The notes under the pieces were generated by a model. It was not told the DNA's origin, ran no database searches, and saw only the letters and a list, made by a program, of their open reading frames with translations. Both the position numbers and the translations under genes were made by a program. Shown here one piece after another: positions 30,975 to 42,229 of a stretch of 64,000 bases of DNA (position 1 is its first letter; each line of letters starts with the position of its first letter). The stretch is from NCBI GenBank assembly GCA_949295395.1, contig CASFLB010000002.1:423-64422 (forward strand). Reading direction: 5' to 3'. Origin of the DNA: an uncultured Pseudomonadota bacterium (lineage in GTDB: Bacteria > Pseudomonadota > Alphaproteobacteria > RF32 > CAG-239).

Positions 30975-31598
30975 ATGGCACGCAGAACAAAAGAAGAAGC
31001 CGAGCAAACACGCAAGGCAATAGCTTTGGCTGCGCTTGAGGTTTTTTGCGAAAAAGGCTACTCAAAAACCACCTTTGATGAAATAGCCAAACGCATCAAT
31101 CTCACAAAAGGCGCGGTCTATTGGCATTTTCGTAACAAAGCAGATATATTAACCGCCATAATACGAAAAGCCTTTGAAATTACAAGAAAAGAAATTGAGC
31201 AACGCATACCAAGCCAAGTTGATTCGATTCGCGTTATTCAGCAATATCTCAAAGAAGAAATTGCGCTGATAAAAAAAAGCAAAATTTTTCACCAATTTTT
31301 GTTTTTTGTGATATATCAAATGGAGTGGTCCGAAGCGATTCTCAATAAAGTAAGCTCCGAAATAAAAGACATAGAAAATTTCAACGGAGACTTTATAAAA
31401 CAAGCCCTGATAAACGCAAAAGAAAGCGGAGAAATCAGCGCCGATATTGATATAGAAGAAACAAGAGTTATCATCACCTGCTTGTGGCAAGGAATAATTA
31501 AACAAGCTGTTGACCCCAAAGCCGATAGCTCACGAATTGAAAAACTAATTGACACCAGCTTTGATATCTTAATCAAAGGAATGAAAGAAGGAAAGTAA
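30975..31598 (+). CDS. TetR/AcrR family transcriptional regulator
   Basis: N-terminal MARRTKEEAEQTRKAIALAALEVFCEKGYSKTTFDEIAKRINLTKGAVYWHF (TetR HTH). The ORF track starts at 30930, but that stretch encodes the palindrome. Confidence 0.85.
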   Translation: MARRTKEEAEQTRKAIALAALEVFCEKGYSKTTFDEIAKRINLTKGAVYWHFRNKADILTAIIRKAFEITRKEIEQRIPSQVDSIRVIQQYLKEEIALIKKSKIFHQFLFFVIYQMEWSEAILNKVSSEIKDIENFNGDFIKQALINAKESGEISADIDIEETRVIITCLWQGIIKQAVDPKADSSRIEKLIDTSFDILIKGMKEGK

Positions 31599-31602
31599 GA
31601 CG

Positions 31603-32916
31603 ATGAAAGTAGGAAAAGTAAGCAACAGAAAAATATTAAAACAAACAGCGCTTTTGTTGCTATGTGTTGGCGCCGGCTGGTACCTCAAAGCCAAGATGAC
31701 ACCATCAATGAGCGGCATGGCCGGAATGAACCGAGAAGCCTTTGTTTTAATCCAAGGCCTTGAGGAAGCCGACATCAGCGCCAAACAAAGCTACATCGGC
31801 CACGTAGAGGCCATCAAAAGCGTTAATATCATACCGCAAGTCAGCGGTTATGTTGAAAAAGTTCTCTTTCAAGAAGGAAGCTTTGTTGAAGAAGGCGATA
31901 TTCTTTTTATCATCGAACAAAAGAAATACCAAGCAACCGTAGACTTAAGAAAAGCGGAACTCGAGAGTGCTAAAGCCAATTTAGTTCGCGCCGAAAGAGA
32001 CTTTAAACGTCAAGCCCAACTTTCAAAACAAAATTACGCCTCAAAAGCCACATTTGATACGGCCGAGAGCAGCTATCTCCAAGCCAAAGCTGCCGTAGCA
32101 CAAGCAGAGGCCAACTTAGAATTAGCTGAAATTGATTTGGGCTATACCGTTATAAAAGCACCAATCAGCGGCTATATAGGAAAAGCCTTGGTTACGGAAG
32201 GAAACTACGTCAGCTCCTCTGCCCAAAACTTAGCCCGCATCGTACAAACCAATCCGATTCGCGTTGCTTTTTCAGTATCGGATAAAGAATATTTAACAAG
32301 TAAGCTTCTCAGACAACAAAACGGCGAAGAAAGTATCCGCAGTGAAATTATTCTGCCGAATGGGCAAACGATTGAAAATCATTTCAAATCCCGTTTTACA
32401 GATAATGAAATCAACACAGATACAGCAACAATCGCCGTCTACGCCGAATATAAAAACGACGAAGGATTATTAATCCCCGGAAACTATGTTGACGTCAAGA
32501 TAGGACCTAAAGAAACTCAAACAAGTTTGCTTGTTCCTCAATCTGCCGTTGCCCAAGATGAACACGGAAACTATGTTATGGTCGTCAAAGATGGCATAGC
32601 AGAAGAACGTCGTGTTACTTTGGGCGAAACAATTGGCACCAAACAGGTTGTTAAAAGCGGCTTAACCAAAGATGACAAAGTTATCATTCAAGGTTTGCAA
32701 AAAGCCAGCAACGGAGCTAAGGTTAACGCTCAACTGATTGTCGAAGAAAAACTTCCGACTATCAGCAGCGATGATGAACCCACCAAAGTTGAAGAAAATC
32801 ATCCGGTAGCAAGAACACTCCAAGCCCAAGAAGTTGATGTTGATTCTCCTATCATAAATAACACCGTTGGCTTTGAGCAAGAAACACTAGAAGAACAATC
32901 GGAAGTGGAGGAATAA
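31603..32916 (+). CDS. RND efflux membrane fusion protein (AcrA/MexA-like)
   Basis: N-terminal anchor, HlyD-like coiled-coil and barrel-sandwich segments. 437 aa. Directly upstream of the RND permease. Confidence 0.85.
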   Translation: MKVGKVSNRKILKQTALLLLCVGAGWYLKAKMTPSMSGMAGMNREAFVLIQGLEEADISAKQSYIGHVEAIKSVNIIPQVSGYVEKVLFQEGSFVEEGDILFIIEQKKYQATVDLRKAELESAKANLVRAERDFKRQAQLSKQNYASKATFDTAESSYLQAKAAVAQAEANLELAEIDLGYTVIKAPISGYIGKALVTEGNYVSSSAQNLARIVQTNPIRVAFSVSDKEYLTSKLLRQQNGEESIRSEIILPNGQTIENHFKSRFTDNEINTDTATIAVYAEYKNDEGLLIPGNYVDVKIGPKETQTSLLVPQSAVAQDEHGNYVMVVKDGIAEERRVTLGETIGTKQVVKSGLTKDDKVIIQGLQKASNGAKVNAQLIVEEKLPTISSDDEPTKVEENHPVARTLQAQEVDVDSPIINNTVGFEQETLEEQSEVEE

Positions 32917-32922
32917 GAATAA

Positions 32923-35900
32923 ATGTTTTCAAGAATATTCATTGAACGCCCACGTCTGGCAATGGTCATTTCCATTGTCTTGACCCTGGCGGGAGCAATC
33001 TCTGTATTCTCACTCCCGATTTCATTATATCCGGAAATCACCCCGCCGATGGTAACGGTATCCGCCAACTACCCCGGCGCCAGTGCCGACGTTTTGGCTA
33101 AAACAGTCGGTATTCCGATTGAACAAGAAATCAATGGTGTTGAAGACATGTTATACATGGACTCAACATCACAAAATAATGGCTCATATTCTTTGTCTGT
33201 TTCTTTTGAAGTTGGAACAGATCCGGATATGGCACAAGTTAAGGTGCAAAACCGCGTTCAACAAGCTACCCCGAAACTTCCGAGCGAAGTTCAAAGACAA
33301 GGTATCAGCGTCACCCGTCGTTCGTCCGATATTTTAGGCTTTTTGAGTGCACGTTCACCGAAAGGAACTCATGACAGAAAATTTATCAGTAACTATGTTG
33401 AAAACAACATCAAAAACAACTTGGCTCGTATTAACGGTGTTGGTGAAGTTAGCGTACACGCTTCTCCTCTGAGCATGCGTGTTTGGTTAAATGCCAACAA
33501 ACTCAGCGCCTTAAACTTGCCGGTAGCAAATGTCATTGCCGCGATAGAAGGCCAAAACTATCAACCGTCTTTAGGTAGTATTGGTGCCATGCCGGGTGAC
33601 GGCGACCAACAAATGGTCTATACCCTACAAACGCAAGGGCGTATTAACGAGGCTGAAGAATTCGGAAACATCATTGTCCGCACAGCCGAAGATGGCGGCT
33701 TAGTCAAACTAAAAGACGTTGCCAAAGTTGAAATCGGAACAGAAAGCTATAGTGTTGAATCAACCCTTGATGGAGGACCATCCGTTGCAATCTCACTAAA
33801 TCTTTCATCGGGTGCGAACGCTTTGGAAACCATGGAAGCCGTAAAACAAGAATTAAAGAGAATGGAACAACTCTATCCGGAAGACTTCCAAGTTGATATC
33901 ACCTATGATGCAACCTTGTACATTGTCTCATCAATTGAAGAAGTTATCTTCACCTTGGTTTTGACCTTTGCATTGGTTATCGGCGTATGCTACCTGTTTT
34001 TACAAGACTGGCGCGCGACGTTGGTTCCATCATTAACCATTCCGGTATCATTATTTGCCACCTTTGCCGTCATGATGGCCTTAGGCTACAGCATCAACCT
34101 GCTCACCTTGTTCGGTTTGGTTTTGGCAATTGGTTTGGTGGTTGATGACGCGATTGTGGTTGTTGAACGTGTTTTGTATTTAATGGAAACAGAAAACTTA
34201 ACCCCGAAAGAAGCAACGATTAAAGCCATGGAACAAGTTTCCAGCGCCGTTGTCGCTACGACATTGGTGTTGTTAGCTATTTTCGTTCCGGTCGGCTTCA
34301 TGGGTGGTATTACCGGTAAAATTTATCAACAATTTGCGGTTACGATTTCAACATCAGTTGCTTTCTCAGCCTTAAATGCGTTGACCTTATCTCCGGCATT
34401 ATGTGCAACCTTACTCCGCCCGATAAAAGAAGTAACATCAGGCCCCTTGCACATATTCAATATCATTTTGAACAAAGCCCGCAATCGCTATATTGGTGTT
34501 ATAGCAATTATCGCACGAAAAGTCAGCGTTATTGCGCTTATTCTCGGGATGTTAATTCTTGGAAACTATGCATTTCTGAAAACCAGCCAAACCTCATTCA
34601 TTCCAAATGAAGACCAAGGCGTTATCTTGGCCAACTTCCAATTACCGGAAGGAGCATCATTTGAAAGAACGAGAGGACTGATAAAGAAACTCTATCCGAC
34701 CATTAAAGCCGAACCTGGCGTCAGCAATGTCATGTCGATTATCGGCTTCAGCTTGATTGGCGGTAGCGGTGAAAACGTAGCCTTCTCCGTCATTACACTA
34801 GATCCATGGAACAAGCGTAAAGACGAAGAACTTTATTCAACCAACATCTTGAACCGTATTAAGGCTAAGATAGCCAACACACCGGAAGCAGAAATCAACA
34901 TGTTTGAATTTCCGGCCATTCCGGGCTTAGGTACAAGCGGTGGTATGGATTATCGTTTGCAGTCATTAGATAGCTCAGACGCAAATGAGTTATATAGCAC
35001 GATGCAAGGCTTTTTAGGACGGTTAAACTCCTCACCGGCCATTAACTACGCCTACTCGACTTATACCTCACAAACGCCGCACATAAATATTGAAATCGAG
35101 AAAGAAAAAGCCGAAAGTATGGGTATTTCCATCGGAGATATTTATACCATTCTGCAAAACTACCTCGGTTCAACTTATGTAAACGACGTAAACTTCGGAA
35201 CACAGGTCAATAAGGTTATTATCCAATCTGATTGGCCGTTCCGTAAAGATGTTGATTCAATTAAGAACTTATATGTTCAAAACAAAAACGGCGACATGGT
35301 TCCTCTGGGAACAGTTGTAAAATTGGATAAAGTTTTAGCCCCGAGAACAATCGAGCGTTATAACCAATATCCGGCAGCAACAATCACAGCCGTTCAAAGT
35401 CAGAACATGAGCTCAGGACAAGCCATGGCTGAGGTTGAAGAGTTATCAAAACTCTTGCCCAAAGGCTACAGCTACCAGTGGTCAGGAATGAGCTTCCAAG
35501 AAAAAGGAACTGAAGGACAAATCGGTTACCTGATTATCTTGGCTATTACCTTTGGTTATTTGTTCTTGGTTGCACAATATGAAAGCTGGGCAATGCCTCT
35601 GCCGGTATTGACATCAATCACCGTCGCAATGTTAGGTGCCTTTGCCGGATTGTTTATCACCGGATTACCCTTGAGTATTTACGCTCAATTAGGCTTAATC
35701 TTGTTGGTCGGTTTGGCCAGTAAGAACGCTATTTTGATTGTTGAGTTCTCTAAAGAAGAACGTGAAAGAGGCTCCTCAATCGTCAAAGCGGCCACGACCG
35801 GTACCAAAGAACGTTTCCGTGCGGTCTTGATGACAGCCTTCACCTTCATTTTGGGTGTATGGCCGATGATTGTCGCCACGGGCGCCGGTGCCTCAAGCCG

Positions 35901-36024
35901 TATTGCAATCGGTGTTCCGGTATTCTACGGAATGTTGCTTGGAACCGCCGGCGGCTTACTTGTAATTCCGCTACTTTATGTTTTGTTCGAAACAATTCGC
36001 GAAAAAGTAAGTAAGCGTAAATAA
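32923..36024 (+). CDS. RND multidrug efflux permease (AcrB/MexB-like)
   Basis: 1033 aa, 12-TM architecture with large periplasmic loops. N-terminal [10 protein letters not shown]... Confidence 0.95.
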   Translation: MFSRIFIERPRLAMVISIVLTLAGAISVFSLPISLYPEITPPMVTVSANYPGASADVLAKTVGIPIEQEINGVEDMLYMDSTSQNNGSYSLSVSFEVGTDPDMAQVKVQNRVQQATPKLPSEVQRQGISVTRRSSDILGFLSARSPKGTHDRKFISNYVENNIKNNLARINGVGEVSVHASPLSMRVWLNANKLSALNLPVANVIAAIEGQNYQPSLGSIGAMPGDGDQQMVYTLQTQGRINEAEEFGNIIVRTAEDGGLVKLKDVAKVEIGTESYSVESTLDGGPSVAISLNLSSGANALETMEAVKQELKRMEQLYPEDFQVDITYDATLYIVSSIEEVIFTLVLTFALVIGVCYLFLQDWRATLVPSLTIPVSLFATFAVMMALGYSINLLTLFGLVLAIGLVVDDAIVVVERVLYLMETENLTPKEATIKAMEQVSSAVVATTLVLLAIFVPVGFMGGITGKIYQQFAVTISTSVAFSALNALTLSPALCATLLRPIKEVTSGPLHIFNIILNKARNRYIGVIAIIARKVSVIALILGMLILGNYAFLKTSQTSFIPNEDQGVILANFQLPEGASFERTRGLIKKLYPTIKAEPGVSNVMSIIGFSLIGGSGENVAFSVITLDPWNKRKDEELYSTNILNRIKAKIANTPEAEINMFEFPAIPGLGTSGGMDYRLQSLDSSDANELYSTMQGFLGRLNSSPAINYAYSTYTSQTPHINIEIEKEKAESMGISIGDIYTILQNYLGSTYVNDVNFGTQVNKVIIQSDWPFRKDVDSIKNLYVQNKNGDMVPLGTVVKLDKVLAPRTIERYNQYPAATITAVQSQNMSSGQAMAEVEELSKLLPKGYSYQWSGMSFQEKGTEGQIGYLIILAITFGYLFLVAQYESWAMPLPVLTSITVAMLGAFAGLFITGLPLSIYAQLGLILLVGLASKNAILIVEFSKEERERGSSIVKAATTGTKERFRAVLMTAFTFILGVWPMIVATGAGASSRIAIGVPVFYGMLLGTAGGLLVIPLLYVLFETIREKVSKRK

Positions 36025-36044
36025 CAATCGCAAAGACTAAAAAA

Positions 36045-36108
36045 ATACCTCACAGAATGAACTGTCCAACTTTCGGGGGACAGTTCAAGAACGTGAGGTA
36101 TTTTTTTT
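36045..36108 (+). terminator. long hairpin rho-independent terminator after the RND operon
   Basis: ATACCTCAC...GTGAGGTAT outer stem and TGAACTGTCC...GGACAGTTCA inner stem, followed by a T8 tract. Confidence 0.6.
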
Positions 36109-36157
36109 ATATAAAATAAAGAAATTTATGCTATAATAAATAAAAAAAGGAAGAAAA

Positions 36158-38176
36158 ATGAACGATGCAATATTAAAACAAGAATATCAAGACCAAAAAC
36201 AAAAAGAGCAGTACTGCAAAATCGGAAAAGAAACTATCATCATCCCCATAAGTTATAAGGGGAACAAAGACCTCTTTTCTGATGACCTCTTTGACTATGA
36301 AGAAGAAGCCCAAAAATACAGAAAGCATAATCAAAACAGCGAACCGAATCAAAAACTTGATGCGGAAATGCTCCAAACCGGTGACCTCACATTTCTTCCA
36401 CCTTTCGACCTTGTTAAAGCCGGTTGTTCTCAGCAAGAAATCATCAAAAAAGCCACACAAAGAGCCCTAAGAAAATATAAAGCGGCGCTAAAAAAAATAA
36501 ATCGCCATAATGAAAAAGAATATCCAGCCTCACCTGTTTTGGCAAAAATGGATAAAGAAACTTTAGAAAATTTAGATAAAAAGCATCAACGCTACTGCGC
36601 CGATAAGCTGCTGCAAAAATTTGGGCAAGCCGCAAAGTTCAGCACACAACAAATAGCCCAAATAAGTGCCGGTGTTGCAGGAATTTTACCGGTTATCGCC
36701 TATCATTTTATGGATAAAAAATTTCATTTTGCCAATTCCAAAACCAAAAACACTATTGATAAAAAAGTTGTTCCTTATATATGTAAAGGAGCCTTAAAAA
36801 GCATCATTCCATTAGCCATGTACAGCGGAGCAAAATTCGGCTTAAATAAAAGCGCAGAAACAAAAGAAAATAATAAAGAAACACCCAATATAACCATTGT
36901 ACAAAGCGCAGAAGAAACAGCTCCGAAAGAAAGCTCACAGCTTAGTAAAAAATATCAAATAAATGATCTAAAAAGTTTTCATCAACTATATAGTGATGCG
37001 CTCAATTTTATGGCTTTATCAATGTTTCCAACTGAAGTTTTGGTTAACGAAGCTTATACAGATAATGGCAAAACAATTAACACCATTGGCCTTGGAAGTT
37101 TTTGGTTTCCCAAAGACGGCAATCCCCAAAGCAGTGAATGGATTTTAACCTCAGATTATGTTAAAAAGAAAAAAATAAAACTCACAGGACCTCAAGCCTT
37201 TGCCTTAACAGATGGTTGGTACCGCCACCGCGAAAACGGAAGAATCTATAAAGATATGTACAAAAGATTAAAAGGATGTGAACTAAAAGCTCATGAATTT
37301 GCCGCCATTGCCACGGTCATGTATAACAATGAAGTCAACGGCAAAGAACTCTGCGACTATATTAAAGATAACTACAAAGACCCCTTAAAATGCGCAGCCA
37401 AAATTATGGATTTAAAACCACAAAATTCACGTTTTAATGATGGCATTCTCAAACGACACGCCCATGAAGCTCTCATCTACTTAAACTGCAATAACTATGC
37501 AGAAAAGATACCTTATTTTATTGTTAAGAAAGGAACAAATTCCAAAGGAAAAACATATTACGTTACCTCCGTAACTCAGTTAGCACCGCAAGACTGCCAT
37601 CCCATGCAACAAGGTCTTCAAAAAGGCAGCATCCAAGAAGCCGAATTATTAGCACAAAAAATAGAAAATTATCGCTGCAAAGGAGGGAAAACCGTCTATA
37701 AAATTGCCGACCAAAACAACGTAAGCCACTTATACGATTATATCGGAAAAGACGTTAGTTTTTACGAAATGTCGCGGATAAACCTTGCCGATAACAGCTA
37801 TCAACAAGCCTTACAATATTACCAAAATAAAGACTACGAAAAAGCATTATCATGTTTTAATCAAATGAGGGAAAATGGTTTTGACGGCGCGGATATTCAT
37901 AATGATATGGCCATCACCTACTATAACATGGGTGAATATGAAAACTGCATAAAAGAATGCCAAGAGGTTTTAAAAACCGGAGAAGAAGAACTTTACCCAG
38001 CCGCAAATTACAACGCCGGTAAAGCTTATGAAAAACTTGGCAACAAAGAAAAAGCTTTACGCAATTTTGAACTGGCGGCACAAAGAAATCCTGAAGAAAA
38101 AGCCTATCAAAATGCTCTCAAACGCTTTACTAATTTAGCAAATAATTTTTCCAACCAAAGCCAAACCAGAGGGTAA
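36158..38176 (+). CDS. multidomain protein: N-terminal unknown region, central T4/P22-type (GH24) lysozyme-like domain, C-terminal TPR repeats
   Basis: Residues about 290-400: MFPTEVLVNEAYTDNGKTINTIGLGS aligns to the P22/T4 lysozyme motif EG.RLKAY.D..G..TIG.GH (Glu-8aa-Asp-5aa-Thr). LKAHEFAAIATVMYNNEVNG aligns to LNQNQYDALCSLIFNIG. C-terminal TPR-like repeats (YQQALQYYQNKDYEKALSCF..., AITYYNMGEYENCIKE..., AGKAYEKLGNKEKALRNF...). No signal peptide. Confidence 0.7.
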   Translation: MNDAILKQEYQDQKQKEQYCKIGKETIIIPISYKGNKDLFSDDLFDYEEEAQKYRKHNQNSEPNQKLDAEMLQTGDLTFLPPFDLVKAGCSQQEIIKKATQRALRKYKAALKKINRHNEKEYPASPVLAKMDKETLENLDKKHQRYCADKLLQKFGQAAKFSTQQIAQISAGVAGILPVIAYHFMDKKFHFANSKTKNTIDKKVVPYICKGALKSIIPLAMYSGAKFGLNKSAETKENNKETPNITIVQSAEETAPKESSQLSKKYQINDLKSFHQLYSDALNFMALSMFPTEVLVNEAYTDNGKTINTIGLGSFWFPKDGNPQSSEWILTSDYVKKKKIKLTGPQAFALTDGWYRHRENGRIYKDMYKRLKGCELKAHEFAAIATVMYNNEVNGKELCDYIKDNYKDPLKCAAKIMDLKPQNSRFNDGILKRHAHEALIYLNCNNYAEKIPYFIVKKGTNSKGKTYYVTSVTQLAPQDCHPMQQGLQKGSIQEAELLAQKIENYRCKGGKTVYKIADQNNVSHLYDYIGKDVSFYEMSRINLADNSYQQALQYYQNKDYEKALSCFNQMRENGFDGADIHNDMAITYYNMGEYENCIKECQEVLKTGEEELYPAANYNAGKAYEKLGNKEKALRNFELAAQRNPEEKAYQNALKRFTNLANNFSNQSQTRG

Positions 38177-38255
38177 GTAAAAATTGCTTGACAATCGCGC
38201 CCCGAATGATACAAACAAGCTGAAAACAATATTATTAATTTAACACAATATCATT

Positions 38256-38816
38256 ATGGAAAAAAAAGATGTTATATCAGCAATTGAAAAACTGATGAAG
38301 GAAAATGGACTAACTCAAGAAGAACTCATCACTTTCTGGAACACCCCTCAAGAGGCTCCCGAAAGCCAAGAAGAGCCAAACAAAGAGTACCCTTTTGAAG
38401 TCATGTATGATGATGGAACGCGCTCTTGGTCTCCGCAAAAAGATAAAAAGCCTTGGGGGATAATCTTCTATGGTAGTGTAATCTGCTTAAAAAACTTAGA
38501 AGAAAAAATGCCTTGGAAAAAAGCTGTTGACTATTGCCAACAGATAACAATCGGTAAGATGAAAGGCTCTGCCGGCTCAAAAGATTTTTGGGAAATTCTT
38601 AAAATTCAAGCGCCAAAGAAAATAAATGAGCTCAACGAGTTCATAAGCAAGCTCGGCGGAGAAAAACTCGAAGGTTCTTATTGGACAAGTGATCAAAACG
38701 ATCATAACTGGGCTTACTTTGTTTTATTCTCAAACAGCCCTAAGAGACCAAGCATGATATCAGCATACTTCAAAAGCTTAAAAATAGCGGTTCGTCCGAT
38801 TTTATCCTTAACATAA
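38256..38816 (+). CDS. DUF1566-like small protein (186 aa), paralog of next gene
   Basis: YPFEVMYDDGTRSWSPQKDKKPWGIIF, MPWKKAVDYCQQI, SYWTSDQNDHNWAYFVLF. These resemble Lcl-C-terminal/DUF1566 motifs (W..A..yC; yWSS; aWyv.F), recalled from memory. No signal peptide. Confidence 0.55.
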   Translation: MEKKDVISAIEKLMKENGLTQEELITFWNTPQEAPESQEEPNKEYPFEVMYDDGTRSWSPQKDKKPWGIIFYGSVICLKNLEEKMPWKKAVDYCQQITIGKMKGSAGSKDFWEILKIQAPKKINELNEFISKLGGEKLEGSYWTSDQNDHNWAYFVLFSNSPKRPSMISAYFKSLKIAVRPILSLT

Positions 38817-38829
38817 AAAATATATCATT

Positions 38830-39270
38830 ATGAACGAAAAAGAAAAATATCCGTTTGAAGTTCTGTTCACGGATGGAAGTCGCTCATGGCTACCTAAAGA
38901 GGACTCAACACCTTGGGGCATCATCTTTGAAAACGAGGCGGTTGCCCTCCAAACGCCACTAATGGGATTGGACTTTTATCACGCCCAACATTATTGTAGC
39001 AAGATAAAAGTAGGAAACTTTGGCGCGACCTGTGGAGAAAAAGCCTTTTGGGAAAAATTTTCACAACTAAACCGAAGCGCCATAAACAAGATGAACGAGT
39101 TTATTCTAAGCCTAAACGGAATTCCTATAGAAAAAGATTATTGGACCGCTGATTCCGTCAAAAGAGAAAGAACCAAAGCCTGGTATATGTCTTTTGATGA
39201 ACCAGAGATTTTTAACGCTGACAAAAAATATAAAAAGCATGGCGTTAGAGGTGTAATAAAAATTATGTAA
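38830..39270 (+). CDS. DUF1566-like small protein (146 aa), paralog of previous gene
   Basis: YPFEVLFTDGSRSWLPKEDSTPWGIIF, HAQHYCSKI, DYWTADS...KAWYMSFD, C-terminal HGVRGVIKI (compare the VRCVR ending). No signal peptide. Confidence 0.55.
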   Translation: MNEKEKYPFEVLFTDGSRSWLPKEDSTPWGIIFENEAVALQTPLMGLDFYHAQHYCSKIKVGNFGATCGEKAFWEKFSQLNRSAINKMNEFILSLNGIPIEKDYWTADSVKRERTKAWYMSFDEPEIFNADKKYKKHGVRGVIKIM

Positions 39271-39277
39271 ACAAAAA

Positions 39278-39310
39278 AATTCAGCTCCTATTCAAAGGCG
39301 CTGAATTTTT
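39278..39310 (+). terminator. hairpin terminator after the DUF1566-like pair
   Basis: AATTCAGC...GCTGAATT stem with an internal CCT/AGG helix, followed by TTTTT. Confidence 0.5.
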
Positions 39311-39688
39311 TGTATCAATAAGATATCAGAATCCCGTAGCCCCTAATCGACCATGACACACAATTTATGGCAGGCTTTGTTTTATTTTATAATTCAAACA
39401 AAAAGAGCTAAAAAATGGGAATAAAAAAAGATAAATTGGGGAGAATGAGTCGAGTAGTAGGCGTCAAGGGCAAAAGTACCGAAGCGTACACAAAAGTACG
39501 TGAGGAAACTTTTGCCCCCAGACAACGCACTAATCGACCATTATACAAACTTTTCTACGACTTAAAACTGGGGATAATAGTACAGATAGAGGCATTTCTA
39601 GCTGCGAGAAAAATTTTAGTGTACAGAGTAGTACATGAATTTTTCGAGACAGCGTAAAATGCCTCTAGATGTGCTGTTATACACAGTT

Positions 39689-42199
39689 TTAAAGGGTTGG
39701 AGCTATCTCCTCCACCTCATAACACTCAATAAAATCGCCAACTTGAATGTCGTTGTAGTTTTCAAAACTCATACCACATTCATAACCGGATTTAACTTCA
39801 CGAACGTCTTCTTTAAAGCGTTTGAGTTGAGCAAGAGCACCGTCATGAATAACAACGTTATCACGCAACAGGCGAACCTTTGCTCCACGCTTAACAAAGC
39901 CCTCGGTAACCATACAACCGCCGACTTTACCGACACCGGTAATATTAAAGACATTGCGAATTTCAGCATAACCGATAATCTTTTCTTTAAGCTCAGGCGT
40001 TAACATACCCTCCAGCGCTTTCTTGATATCATCAACCACATCATAGATGATGGAATAATAACGAATATCAACACCATCTTGACGGGCAAGATCACGCGCA
40101 TGAGGAATGGCACGAACGTTAAATCCGATAATAAAGGCATTTGAAGCTTTAGCCAAAGTAACATCTGAATCTGAAATCGGACCAACAGCCGAATGCAGAA
40201 TCTGAACACTAACTTCTTCGTTAGAAAGCTTTTTAATTGTTCCCTCAATAGCTTCGATAGAACCTTGAACATCAGCCTTGATAATAACCGGAAGATGTTT
40301 AACTTCACCGGACTTAATTTTATCAAGCATTTGCTCCATAGCCGACTTCGCACTCTTAACTAACTTAGCATCACGTTCTTTACGAATACGATAATTGGTA
40401 ACTTCTTTAGCTTGCGCCTCGTCTTTAACAATAACAAAATCATCACCGGCGGCCGGCGTTCCTTGTAATCCAAGGATTTCAACCGGAGTTGCCGGACCAG
40501 CTTCGGTCATCTTTTTACCATGCTCATTAAACATCGCACGAATATGACCCCATTCTTTTCCGGCAATACAAATATCACCGACATGAAGCGTTCCATTCTG
40601 AACCAAAACCGTTGCAACAGAACCGCGACCTTTTTCCATTTTAGCTTCAATGACCGCGCCTTGAGCCAAACGGTTTGGATTAGCCTTCAAATCAAGGATT
40701 TCAGCTTGCAACAAAATAGCCTCAACCAACTTGTCGATATTAATTCTCTTCTTAGCAGAAACTTCAGCACAAAGATATTCACCACCCATTTCTTCGACGG
40801 CAATTCCATGTTGCAATAAAGCGGTTTTAACCTTCATCGGATCAGCCCCCGGCAAATCGATTTTGTTAATAGCAACCACAATTGGAACTTCAGCCGCCTG
40901 AGCGTGACGAATAGCCTCAACGGTTTGCGGCATAATACCATCATTAGCGGCAACAACCAAAACCACGATATCCGTAACTTTAGCACCGCGAGCACGCATT
41001 TCAGAAAAAGCTTCGTGTCCCGGCGTATCAATAAAGGTAATTTTTTTACCACCGGCTACTTCAATCTGATAAGCACCAATATGCTGGGTAATACCACCAG
41101 CCTCACGAGCTGCCACATTGGTTTCACGCAAAGCATCAAGCAACGATGTTTTACCATGGTCAACGTGTCCCATAACCGTAACCACCGGTGCTCTTGGTTG
41201 TAAGTCATCAGCCGTATCTTGCGGACCGGTTAAACCTTGTTCAACATCACTATCAGCCACACGTTTAACCTTATGTCCAAACTCCTCAACCACAATCTGA
41301 GCGGTATCAGCATCAATCGGTTGGTTAATCGTAGCCATAACCCCAAGAGCCATCAACTTCTTAATAACCTCGGCACTTTTTTCAGCCATACGGTTAGCCA
41401 ACTCCTGAACCGTAATAATTTCAGGGATGACAACTTCTTTAATAATTTTTTCAGCTGGCTGTTGTGGGGCTTGCTGAGGTTTAGGTTGTTTTTTCTTAAA
41501 GCGACGACGAGGAGCTCCATACCCATAATCATCATCGTCATCATCCATACTTCCCATAACATTATGGAGATTAACTTTATTGTTACGGCGTTGCGGCTCA
41601 AAACTGCGCTTCATAATTTTTTTGCGTTCTTGTTCAAAGACCTCTTCTTTGCTTAAAGATTTACCGCTTTTTTGAGAACGATAAGCATTATCATCATCGG
41701 CATCATCGTCATCATCAAAATCGCGTGCTTTTTTATCCTTCGCTTTTGAAACAGCACGTTCTTCCGCAGCCGCAGATTTTTCAGGATTTACAGACGAATC
41801 GACCGAAGTCTCAACCTTTTGGGATTGTTTAGCTTCCGCCTTTTGCGAACTTTGTTCCTTTTCTTTTTCCTGTTCTTTGGCCAGTTGTTCAGCCTTCAAG
41901 GTCTCTTCCTGTTCACGACGAAGCTGACGCTGACGTTCTTTTTCTTCTTCCTCAAGACGGCGTTTAGCCTCATGCTCTTTTGCCTCAGCAATCAACTTAA
42001 GCTTAGCGGCCGTAGCATCATCAATCTGCACTTTAGGCTCTTCTTTTTTAGTGGCAGAAATAATTCTTTTTTTGCGCACCTCGACCTGTACGACTTTTTT
42101 GCCGTCGCTATGGCTCTTAGCGGCATCACCCAAATTTTTAAGGGTAAGGGTTGATTTCCCTGATAATGTCAGTCTGCTTTTTGCACTATCTTCTGTCAT
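39689..42199 (-). CDS. infB: translation initiation factor IF-2
   Basis: 836 aa. G-domain motifs [24 protein letters not shown] and NKID. Charged Lys/Glu-rich N-terminal region. Confidence 0.95.
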   Translation of the reverse strand: MTEDSAKSRLTLSGKSTLTLKNLGDAAKSHSDGKKVVQVEVRKKRIISATKKEEPKVQIDDATAAKLKLIAEAKEHEAKRRLEEEEKERQRQLRREQEETLKAEQLAKEQEKEKEQSSQKAEAKQSQKVETSVDSSVNPEKSAAAEERAVSKAKDKKARDFDDDDDADDDNAYRSQKSGKSLSKEEVFEQERKKIMKRSFEPQRRNNKVNLHNVMGSMDDDDDDYGYGAPRRRFKKKQPKPQQAPQQPAEKIIKEVVIPEIITVQELANRMAEKSAEVIKKLMALGVMATINQPIDADTAQIVVEEFGHKVKRVADSDVEQGLTGPQDTADDLQPRAPVVTVMGHVDHGKTSLLDALRETNVAAREAGGITQHIGAYQIEVAGGKKITFIDTPGHEAFSEMRARGAKVTDIVVLVVAANDGIMPQTVEAIRHAQAAEVPIVVAINKIDLPGADPMKVKTALLQHGIAVEEMGGEYLCAEVSAKKRINIDKLVEAILLQAEILDLKANPNRLAQGAVIEAKMEKGRGSVATVLVQNGTLHVGDICIAGKEWGHIRAMFNEHGKKMTEAGPATPVEILGLQGTPAAGDDFVIVKDEAQAKEVTNYRIRKERDAKLVKSAKSAMEQMLDKIKSGEVKHLPVIIKADVQGSIEAIEGTIKKLSNEEVSVQILHSAVGPISDSDVTLAKASNAFIIGFNVRAIPHARDLARQDGVDIRYYSIIYDVVDDIKKALEGMLTPELKEKIIGYAEIRNVFNITGVGKVGGCMVTEGFVKRGAKVRLLRDNVVIHDGALAQLKRFKEDVREVKSGYECGMSFENYNDIQVGDFIECYEVEEIAPTL

Positions 42200-42229
42200 T
42201 AATATCTTTCTCCATATCGTCTTTTTAAT

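Noticed and set aside
39415-39657. 80-aa plus-strand ORF in the infB-proximal intergenic tract.
   Set aside because: No Shine-Dalgarno, odd composition, and overlap with repeat and hairpin elements. More likely a non-coding region (see finding), but not excluded.
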